This document shows, one piece after another, positions 28,936-36,465 of a stretch of 64,000 nt of DNA. Both the position numbers and the translations under genes were made by a program. Under the pieces are notes generated by a model that did not search any database, was not told the origin of the DNA, and saw nothing but the letters and a program-made list of their open reading frames with translations. Numbering within the stretch: position 1 is the stretch's first letter; the number at the start of each line of letters is the position of its first letter. The DNA is from Candidatus Levybacteria bacterium RIFCSPHIGHO2_01_FULL_41_15 (GTDB lineage: Bacteria; Patescibacteriota; Microgenomatia; Levybacterales; UBA12049). Location: positions 545-64,544 of the forward strand of contig MFNV01000005.1 in assembly GCA_001782165.1 (NCBI GenBank). The letters are read 5' to 3'.

Positions 28936-30002
28936 AAAGTATGTTTTGAAATATTAAGAAGTATTCCTATTGCCGACAAATCTACTATCAGAGACGATCC
29001 TCCGTAGGAAATAAACGGAAGGGGAATCCCGGTAAGAGGCACCAGGACTGTTTGGGCAGAAAGATTAATTATGGTTTGGACAGAAAGAAAAGTTATTATC
29101 CCGCCTCCCAGAAGTTTTCCAAAATTATCTTTTGTCTTCACCGCTATCAGAAATCCCCTCCACATAACAAAAGCGAAAACAAGAACTATCAAGGTTGCGC
29201 CTATAAAACCGGTTTCCTCGGCAATTATTGCAAAAATTGAGTCTGTGGTTGTTTCGGGAAGATACGCATATTTCTGGATAGAATTGCCAAGACCAACTCC
29301 AAAAAAACCGCCCGAGCCAAGAGCAATAAGAATTTGTTTGACATGATAAGAAGAGGTTTCCGCAGATTGGTTAAAATCCAAAAATGTCTTAAGCCTTTCA
29401 TACCGATAAGGTGATATCTTTATAAAAATAAGAGAAATGATAACAGTAACTGGAATACCTGCAGCAAAATAAAGAAGGTTTCCTCCTGAAAGAAAATAAA
29501 CAATAAGCGCCTCGGAAAGAATTACTAGGGAGGATCCCATATCAGGCTGAAGAATAACAAGAAAGAGAATTAGCCCCACAAGAAGAACAAATGCAGGAAA
29601 CCTCCCTCTTTCTTTATGAGAAAACCAAGAGGCAAGATAGATAGAAAGGGCAAGCTTAGCAAATTCAACCGGCTGGATTATAAAAAGTCTGGCATCTATC
29701 CATCTTTTTGCCCCAAGGGCGTGAACTCCTATTCCCGGAATAAAAACTAAAATAAGAAATACCAAGGCAGAAATAAGAATCGGAAGAGAAAGATTGTAAA
29801 GCTTGCGATAATCAAAATAAGTAAAAAATGTAAGTAAGCCAAATCCGATTGCCACCCAAAAGATCTGTCCTTTTACATAATGAAACTTATCCTGAAAATC
29901 ACGAAAAGCAACATACGAAGAAACATCATATATCATGAAAAGTCCGAAAAGTGTTAAAAATACTACAGAACAAAGAAGGGCAAAGTCGATCTTCCTCATC
30001 TT
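28932..30002 (-). CDS. ftsW: SEDS protein FtsW (lipid II flippase/polymerase family)
   Basis: LPFISYGGSSL and ETTTDSIFAIIAEETGFIGA. dcw context between mraY and murG. Internal ATG start chosen (MRKIDFALL). Confidence 0.8.
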   Translation of the reverse strand, partial: KMRKIDFALLCSVVFLTLFGLFMIYDVSSYVAFRDFQDKFHYVKGQIFWVAIGFGLLTFFTYFDYRKLYNLSLPILISALVFLILVFIPGIGVHALGAKRWIDARLFIIQPVEFAKLALSIYLASWFSHKERGRFPAFVLLVGLILFLVILQPDMGSSLVILSEALIVYFLSGGNLLYFAAGIPVTVIISLIFIKISPYRYERLKTFLDFNQSAETSSYHVKQILIALGSGGFFGVGLGNSIQKYAYLPETTTDSIFAIIAEETGFIGATLIVLVFAFVMWRGFLIAVKTKDNFGKLLGGGIITFLSVQTIINLSAQTVLVPLTGIPLPFISYGGSSLIVDLSAIGILLNISKHTL

Positions 30003-31006
30003 ATGAAGGCGATGTAAAGACCTACAATCGCAAAGAAAAATCCCAAAAGCCATGCTCTCATTACAATCTTGGGCTCATCCCATCCTATTTTTTGAAGATA
30101 AAGATGAAAAGGCGCAACAGGCAGGATTTTTCTGCCAAGAAATCTTTTTCCCAATATCTGAACAAGGGATGACCCTACTTCAATTACAAATACTCCTCCT
30201 ATAAAAGCAAGCACGATAACTTTACCGGTCAAAAGGCCTATTACGGCAAGTCCGGCACCCAAAGAAAGCGACCCAACATCTCCAAGCCAAATCCTTGCCT
30301 TGTAGATATTAAAATAAAGAAAAGAGGCAACGCTCCCCATAAGAACTGCAATAAAAACCCGAAGAGACTGATCAAGCTGATTTTCAGATATTGCCAAAAA
30401 AGCGCCAAGACATATAAGAAGAAGACCCGAGGATAGACCATCCAGACCGTCTGCTATATTAAAAGCATTTGCGAAAGAAACGATAACAAATGCGGCAAAA
30501 GGAATAAAGAGAAGTCCAAGACTAGCCAGTCCTATTCCTCTTATAAAAAGGAAGTCATATCCTAGCTGATAATAAAGAACAGAAGCAATAATAAAGGCAA
30601 GTATCCATTGGATAAGGAATTTGTATCTGAAGCGAAGGCCGAAGAAAGATAATTTCTTGCCGTTCACAAGTTTTTTAAAATCATCATAAAACCCAAGAAG
30701 ACCAAAGGAAATAAAAGTAAAAAGAAGAACAAATACTTCCCATCCGTTGACTTGCGCATTAAAAAGTCCGTAAGCCCAAAGGGAAAGCACAATGGTAACA
30801 ATAACTATCAGAAGTCCCCCTCCAAAGGGAGTCCCCTCCTTCCATGAGTGAAATTTATCAAAATAAGGAGTGGGTTTATCGAAAATATCGACGGTTTTTT
30901 GTTTCTGCCTTCTTATCCTAAGTTTATAAAGAAAATCTATGAAGGGAATTAAAAGTACGAAAGTTATAAACGAGGACAGGATCATAAGCCCTAAGATTTG
31001 TGCCAT
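29996..31006 (-). CDS. mraY: Phospho-N-acetylmuramoyl-pentapeptide transferase MraY
   Basis: FANAFNIADGLDGL and GDVGSLSLG are the PNPT signatures. Confidence 0.85.
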   Translation of the reverse strand: MAQILGLMILSSFITFVLLIPFIDFLYKLRIRRQKQKTVDIFDKPTPYFDKFHSWKEGTPFGGGLLIVIVTIVLSLWAYGLFNAQVNGWEVFVLLFTFISFGLLGFYDDFKKLVNGKKLSFFGLRFRYKFLIQWILAFIIASVLYYQLGYDFLFIRGIGLASLGLLFIPFAAFVIVSFANAFNIADGLDGLSSGLLLICLGAFLAISENQLDQSLRVFIAVLMGSVASFLYFNIYKARIWLGDVGSLSLGAGLAVIGLLTGKVIVLAFIGGVFVIEVGSSLVQILGKRFLGRKILPVAPFHLYLQKIGWDEPKIVMRAWLLGFFFAIVGLYIAFIR

Positions 31007-31325
31007 GGTGTATATTATACAACTCTAAGATAATTTTATCCAAATTTTCATAAGTAGTAGTTTTATCTAGTTTGTCCGTCTTGACACAATAATCCAAATG
31101 CCGTTTAATAGATAAACTGTCGACTGCCCACGACAAAATCTCTGTGTTCTGCCCGCCCGGAGAGATTTTTTAAAAACCAACTTTAAAATACCGGTTTTTG
31201 TAGACAAAGTGTTTCTGACCGCAAACGGAGGAGATATGATTTTCTACTTTACAAATCATTACAAAAATATTCAAAAACCCGCCTAGGTAAATGCGGGTTT
31301 TTTAGTGAAGGGAGGTGAAAATAAA

Positions 31326-32111
31326 ATGTTACATTTAATAAATGGAAAAGTTTTGCTATCAGGAGCAACAATTCTGGCAGCTGCTGCTCTGGTGATCGGC
31401 GCCACATTCGCATTCTTCAGCGATTCCGAAATTTCAGAAGACAACACTTTCATAGCAGGTAGCGTTGATCTAAAAGTTGATGATACAGCATCATATCTTG
31501 GTCAACCAGTTTCGGGAAGCACTTGGAACGAAACAGATTTGACAAATGAAAAGTTTTTTAATTTTAACGACATAAAACCAGGTGATTATGGTGAAAATAC
31601 AATCAGTCTTCATGTAGTTGATAATGATGCATGGGTCTGTGCAACCATTAATAATATGGAGGATGAAGAAAATACATTTCTTCAAACAGAACTCGATACA
31701 CAAAATGACGATGGAGTAGCAAGTGGAGAACTTGCAGAAAACTTAAACTTTTTTGCTTGGGCTGATGATGGTGATAATGTCTGGGAATCAGGCGAATTTC
31801 CATTGTTCTCTAACACAATAGGTCCTGCAAGTGATGTCCTTGATGGGGTAATTTATTCTTTGGCTGACTCAACTACCGATGGTGGGCCATTCATTGAAAG
31901 CCAAACTAAATTCATCGGTTTAGCATGGTGTGCAGGAACTCTGACAAATCCTGGTAACGAATTAGGCAATATGACTGGAAATACTGGCTTGAATTGTGAC
32001 GGTAGCTCTTTGGGGAACGAAGCCCAAACTGATTCTGTTACCGCTGATATTACTTTTACAGCAGTGCAACACAGAAATAACCCAGATTTCAGTTGTCAGT
32101 CACTAGATTAA
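31326..32111 (+). CDS. Secreted TasA/camelysin-like protein with a SipW-cognate class signal peptide
   Basis: N-terminus KVLLSGATILAAAALVIGATFAFFSDSEISEDNTFIAGSVDL matches the SipW-cognate signal consensus (A-x-F-S-D-T/S-E...NTF-T/A-AG-x-x-DL) of TasA/CalY family proteins. It lies immediately upstream of a SipW gene. Confidence 0.6.
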   Translation: MLHLINGKVLLSGATILAAAALVIGATFAFFSDSEISEDNTFIAGSVDLKVDDTASYLGQPVSGSTWNETDLTNEKFFNFNDIKPGDYGENTISLHVVDNDAWVCATINNMEDEENTFLQTELDTQNDDGVASGELAENLNFFAWADDGDNVWESGEFPLFSNTIGPASDVLDGVIYSLADSTTDGGPFIESQTKFIGLAWCAGTLTNPGNELGNMTGNTGLNCDGSSLGNEAQTDSVTADITFTAVQHRNNPDFSCQSLD

Positions 32112-32227
32112 TAGAAAATTTTAAAAGGGTGGGGAAGAAGCGATTTGGAAACTTTCCCGCCCTGGGGACTTAGGCAGATAAAATATTAAATTTTAAAAAT
32201 AAAAAATCAATTCTCTTGGGAGGATTT

Positions 32228-33262
32228 ATGAGGAGTGTATTTAAATTATTAAATATAGTTATAGCAGGAGTGCTCATATTCATAGCGATTGGAGTTGCTT
32301 TTATTGCATTTCCGCAATTTGGAAATCAGGCTTTAATTGTCCGCTCAGGCTCAATGAGTCCCACGATAGATGTTGGATCGGTAGCAGTTATTAAAAAAAC
32401 TGACAGTAATACTTATAAAACAGGAGACGTTATCGCATTCAGATCTGAAAAAAATAAAGAAACAATCACAACTCATAGAGTAGTAGATGCGGTTATTGAA
32501 GGGAATCAAATATTTTATAGAACTCAGGGTGATGCGAATGATGATCCAGATGCAGGACTTGTTAGGCCCGGAAACATTTTGGGAAAAACATACATAGTAA
32601 TTCCTTATGTAGGACAAGTCCTTGCTTTTGCAAAATCAGACATAGGGTTTCCAGCACTCATTATATTTCCGGCAGTTTTTGTAATACTAATTGAAGTTTG
32701 GTCTATCATTAAAGAGGTTCGCAAGAGAAAGGAGCTGAGGGATAGCCTCGGGTTTGTAAATTATGATTTAAAAAGAAGTCATACAAAAAATTTATTTACA
32801 TTAAAATTATTAATTCCCCTTCTTGTTATAAGTCTTTTTATCCCAAGCACATTTGCCTTTTTCAGCGATTCAGAAACATCAACTGGTAACACCTTTACGG
32901 CAGCAGCAAGCTTTCCGCAGACAAGTAACTTATTCGTAAGCAACGGATACACCTGTTCAGGAGGAGCATCAGATACATCTGTCAGCAAAGGTACAGTCAC
33001 AATTGCTAAAACATCCGATCTTAAGATATCCGTTACTTTGGTGGGAACCATTCCAAATACTTCATATGATTTGTGGGTAAACCAAGATCCTGGTGCTTGC
33101 CCACTTTCCTCGCCTACAGTTTCTGGTTTTATCACAACAGATGGAAGCGGAAATGGATCTAATACATTAAATAATCACACGCTAGTTAGTTCTACAATAA
33201 ATTTTTGGGTAAGTATGGTTGGGGGCTCAGATGTATTGCGAAGTGCAGCTGTAAGTTTTTGA
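32228..33262 (+). CDS. sipW: SipW-type (S26B, ER/archaeal-type) signal peptidase I fused to a C-terminal domain that carries its own SipW-cognate signal motif
   Basis: N-terminal half: TM, then SGSMSPTIDVGSVAVIKK...GDVIAF...TTHRVV (catalytic Ser and His of SipW-like peptidases), then a second TM. C-terminal half: LLIPLLVISLFIPSTFAFFSDSETSTGNTFTAAASF, a second copy of the cognate-signal motif, followed by a ~140-aa Ser/Thr/Gly-rich domain. Confidence 0.65.
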   Translation: MRSVFKLLNIVIAGVLIFIAIGVAFIAFPQFGNQALIVRSGSMSPTIDVGSVAVIKKTDSNTYKTGDVIAFRSEKNKETITTHRVVDAVIEGNQIFYRTQGDANDDPDAGLVRPGNILGKTYIVIPYVGQVLAFAKSDIGFPALIIFPAVFVILIEVWSIIKEVRKRKELRDSLGFVNYDLKRSHTKNLFTLKLLIPLLVISLFIPSTFAFFSDSETSTGNTFTAAASFPQTSNLFVSNGYTCSGGASDTSVSKGTVTIAKTSDLKISVTLVGTIPNTSYDLWVNQDPGACPLSSPTVSGFITTDGSGNGSNTLNNHTLVSSTINFWVSMVGGSDVLRSAAVSF

Positions 33263-33263
33263 T

Positions 33264-34322
33264 ATGAAAAAGGGGATTTTGACATTATTATCGTTAATTT
33301 TGATTGTTGCCGTTGTTATCAGTTTCAACGTTTTGGGTTTGTTTGAAAAAAAAACAGTTTATGCCGTAGGAGACTTAACTGTTATTTGGCAGACTGATCC
33401 TTTGTTTAATGAAAGCAATATTCTTCCTGGATTTTCGCAAACTAAAACAGTAAATGTTGCAAATGGCGCTCCAACGCAACGCCCTATTGGTGCTCGCGGA
33501 GATCTTACGTCAGATCCGGGAAACATGGACAGTGTTTTGAATATAGAAATTAAGGAAGGCGCGACTGTTTTATATTCCAATACTCTTGAGAATTTTTTCC
33601 TAGATTCCGCAGGCCCCGATGGCATTCCCCTATCGACTTTAGGATCAGGAGCAAATACCACTTATGATTTCACTGTTACATTTGATGAGGCTTCGGGGAA
33701 TGAGTTTCAAAATCAGACAATAATATTTGATCTTACGATTGGTATTTCTTTTGTTCTGCCAACAACCTGCGAAAATATTAACTTTCCAAATCCACCCATT
33801 TTTGGAACGGCAGGAAACGATAATATTTCAGGAACCGTACGAAACGATTTGATAATCACTTTTGAAGGAGTCGATAGGATTTCATCTGGAGTTGGAAATG
33901 ATTGTATTGTTACCTCTGGCGGAGGAAATGACAAGGTCACAACAGGGGTTGGAAATGACGTAGTTGTAACAACAGATGGAGATGATGATATAAATTCCGG
34001 AGTTGGAAATGACACTATTGATGCAGGAAATGGAAATAATAAAGTTAACGCAGGAGTTGGAAATGACAAGGTCACAACAGGGTCCGGCAGTGATGATATT
34101 CATCTGGGAGTGGGAAACGACAGCGCAAGCGCCGGCGGAGGAAATGACAAAGTGGTGGGAGGAACCGGCAATGACATAGTTGATGGAGAAGAAGGAGATG
34201 ATGATCTTGCGGGAGGGGTAGGAAACGATAATTTAGTGGGAGGATTAGGAGTGGATAAGGTAAATGGAAATATAGGAATAGATACTTGCGATGCCGAATC
34301 GGAAACAAATTGTGAAATATGA
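33264..34322 (+). CDS. Secreted/signal-anchored protein with ~13 tandem RTX-like nonapeptide (beta-roll, Ca-binding type) repeats
   Basis: N-terminal hydrophobic anchor. The C-terminal region is SGVGNDCIV-TSGGGNDKV-TTGVGNDVV... (x-G-x-G-N-D-x-U-x repeated about 13 times). This matches the GGXGXDXUX hemolysin-type calcium-binding repeat. Confidence 0.55.
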   Translation: MKKGILTLLSLILIVAVVISFNVLGLFEKKTVYAVGDLTVIWQTDPLFNESNILPGFSQTKTVNVANGAPTQRPIGARGDLTSDPGNMDSVLNIEIKEGATVLYSNTLENFFLDSAGPDGIPLSTLGSGANTTYDFTVTFDEASGNEFQNQTIIFDLTIGISFVLPTTCENINFPNPPIFGTAGNDNISGTVRNDLIITFEGVDRISSGVGNDCIVTSGGGNDKVTTGVGNDVVVTTDGDDDINSGVGNDTIDAGNGNNKVNAGVGNDKVTTGSGSDDIHLGVGNDSASAGGGNDKVVGGTGNDIVDGEEGDDDLAGGVGNDNLVGGLGVDKVNGNIGIDTCDAESETNCEI

Positions 34323-34390
34323 TTTTAATTAAATGTAAAAGTGGAACCATCCTTCACTAAAGTTTTTGATGGCGAAGGGAGGTGAAAAAA

Positions 34391-34744
34391 ATGGAGGTTA
34401 AAAAGAAAATTGCAGCTGCCATAATTTCAGGTTCTCTTATTGCAGGAGCAATTCTGCCTGTTGCTGCTTTTGCAGATCAGACGTGCACTATAAGAAATAA
34501 CGGCAACAACTCAACAAATAGATGCAGAATAAAGGTTGAAAGAAGAGTTACGGTAGATCAGAGAAATACTGCTACGGTGAGAACCAGAGTTATAGTTGTT
34601 CAAAATACAGGTTTAAATGATGCGAACAACAATACGACAAACGGCGGAGATGTCACTGTTGACACGGGAAACACAACTTCTACAATCACGATAACCGTTT
34701 CCGGAAACACCAATACTGCGGTTCCGCCTGATCCAGGTCCATAG
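34391..34744 (+). CDS. Small secreted Asn/Thr-rich protein carrying one copy of the N/D-rich repeat module
   Basis: Signal peptide (KIAAAIISGSLIAGAILPVAAFA). NNNTTNGGDVTVDTGNTTS matches the NTGGD...TGN core shared with the 35329-39980 proteins. The SD GGGAGGTG precedes the ATG at 34391. Confidence 0.4.
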   Translation: MEVKKKIAAAIISGSLIAGAILPVAAFADQTCTIRNNGNNSTNRCRIKVERRVTVDQRNTATVRTRVIVVQNTGLNDANNNTTNGGDVTVDTGNTTSTITITVSGNTNTAVPPDPGP

Positions 34745-34769
34745 AATAGGATTTAAAGCTGTTCTAAAA

Positions 34770-34795
34770 CTGCCCCGCTTTTTGCGGGGTAGTTT
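34770..34795. terminator. Bidirectional rho-independent terminator-like hairpin between convergent genes
   Basis: CCCCGC-TTTTT-GCGGGG hairpin with T/A-rich flanks. It is placed between the stop of the 34391 gene (+) and the stop of the sortase gene (-). Confidence 0.45.
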
Positions 34796-35342
34796 ATTCT
34801 GTGGGTTTGGCAAAGACAAGAAGTCTTTGAAGAGATGTTCCTATGGGAACACAGGTCTGAAGTATTAACTGATCTTTCTTATTGTCTAATAAATAATCAA
34901 CCTCATTGGGCCAAACAGTTTTGGTTTCAAAAACCTCATATTGAAAACTTTTGCCGTTTCTTACTATATTAATCCTATCTCCTTTTCTAAGCTCTGGTAA
35001 TCTAAAAAATGCCTTATTATACCTTGTTATTCTCCAGGGAAGATCAGATGAGTGAGCAAATAGAAAGCTCGTTCCTTTTTCTCCCGGCAAAGATGTACCT
35101 TTTGCATGGGCGATCCCTTTCTCGAGTTTTTTCCTGTATTCTTTTTCATTAAATGGATCAACATTCTCCAAAACATTGTATCTGGCTTTGATTTGGGGAA
35201 TTTCGATGTAAAAAGAACTTACTGTTTTTGTTTCATAAGAAGGACTAAGATATAAAGCGATAATCGGATAATAAATGAATGCCAGTAATAAAAGAGAAAA
35301 CGCCATTAAGGCGTTTCCAATAAACTTTCTATATGGTTGCAT
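34794..35342 (-). CDS. Sortase family transpeptidase
   Basis: N-terminal TM anchor. FLFAHSS carries the catalytic His. DQLILQTCVP is the TLxTC catalytic Cys motif, followed by the conserved Arg region. It sits immediately downstream of an LPVTG protein. Confidence 0.7.
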   Translation of the reverse strand: MQPYRKFIGNALMAFSLLLLAFIYYPIIALYLSPSYETKTVSSFYIEIPQIKARYNVLENVDPFNEKEYRKKLEKGIAHAKGTSLPGEKGTSFLFAHSSDLPWRITRYNKAFFRLPELRKGDRINIVRNGKSFQYEVFETKTVWPNEVDYLLDNKKDQLILQTCVPIGTSLQRLLVFAKPTE

Positions 35343-36465
35343 AAAGAGGTGGGGATGGATCTGAACCAAAGCGCAAATACCATCCCGCAAGAAGCATTGT
35401 AAGACACAAAAGTGTCATTAGCAACAGCCAGTAATTACCTGTTACAGGGAGAACTCCTCCGATTGCCGCTCCCAAAACTTGTCCTGCTCCCTCAGAAACT
35501 TTGCCATCTCCGCCTCCTGAAGGAGACGGGGCACCTGGCGGCTGTACCGAAGGTCCTGGCGGACCTCCTGGTCCCGGTCCTGGCCCTCCCCCCGGAGGTG
35601 GAACAATCTCTTTCTCGCAACATAATTTAGCAAAAGATCCGTTAATATCTTCATTACCTATCTCTATGACACTTACAATATCCCCCGTAACAATAAGAAC
35701 TGCTCCGTTATTACCGTCTGCAGTATTTCTTCCCGTATTTGCGTTATTGACAGCATTATTATATATATAGGCAAAATTATTGTTATCATAATTCAAGTTG
35801 TTATCAAGCGAGAAATTGACAGAGTTTATTGACCCGTCGGCATTATTTAAAATACTAATATTTGTAGAATTCTGAGGGAATCCGTATTCAGCAAAACCAA
35901 AATTTATTTTTTTGTTTTTTATTATAGTTGCCAAAGTTATATTTCCGGTATCAATAGCAACATCTCCATTGTTATTGTTAGCCTGATTCTCTCCGGTGTT
36001 TGCATTGTTATATGCATTATTAACAATTACTGCCGAGTTGGACTGCGTAACATCAACATCATTTAAAATATCCAGATTAATACTGTTCGTTGAATCCGAA
36101 CCATTATTTTTTATATCAACAGACGTCTGGGATTCGCATTGCCCGCAAGGATCTTGCGCAAAGTTTGTATTAATATTTTCATTTGTAATTGAAGAGGTGC
36201 TTTCTATGTTTCCTGTGGTAATGTTTGCATCGCCGTTGTTTGAAGAAGTGGAATTTTCTCCCGTATTTGCATTTGTTTCTACATTATTATCTATTTCGGC
36301 ATTATTTGTCTGCTCAACAGTTGATGAAGAAGTATTGTTAATCTGAACATTGTTACTCGATCCTGCGCCGTTATTTGATACGGTAATGTCTTCTGCGAAA
36401 ACACCGGATACTGCAAACAGACCGGCCATCAAAAGTATCAAGGATGAAAATATTTTCCTTATCAT
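35329..36465 (-). CDS. Secreted Asn-rich repeat protein with a Pro/Gly-rich stalk and a C-terminal LPVTG sortase sorting signal
   Basis: Signal peptide MIRKIFSSLILLMAGLFAVSGVFA, with SD GGGGAGGA upstream of the ATG at 36465. Repeat modules as in the neighbouring genes. The C-terminus is PPPGGGPGPGPGGPPGP...GGVLPVTGNYWLLLMTLLCLTMLLAGWYLRFG. This is LPXTG plus a hydrophobic segment plus a basic residue. Confidence 0.6.
   Translation of the reverse strand: MIRKIFSSLILLMAGLFAVSGVFAEDITVSNNGAGSSNNVQINNTSSSTVEQTNNAEIDNNVETNANTGENSTSSNNGDANITTGNIESTSSITNENINTNFAQDPCGQCESQTSVDIKNNGSDSTNSINLDILNDVDVTQSNSAVIVNNAYNNANTGENQANNNNGDVAIDTGNITLATIIKNKKINFGFAEYGFPQNSTNISILNNADGSINSVNFSLDNNLNYDNNNFAYIYNNAVNNANTGRNTADGNNGAVLIVTGDIVSVIEIGNEDINGSFAKLCCEKEIVPPPGGGPGPGPGGPPGPSVQPPGAPSPSGGGDGKVSEGAGQVLGAAIGGVLPVTGNYWLLLMTLLCLTMLLAGWYLRFGSDPSPPLYATI

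Noticed and set aside
30924-31136. 70-aa ORF on the minus strand overlapping the mraY start region
   Set aside because: It overlaps the mraY N-terminus and promoter region and is more likely a non-coding divergent control region.
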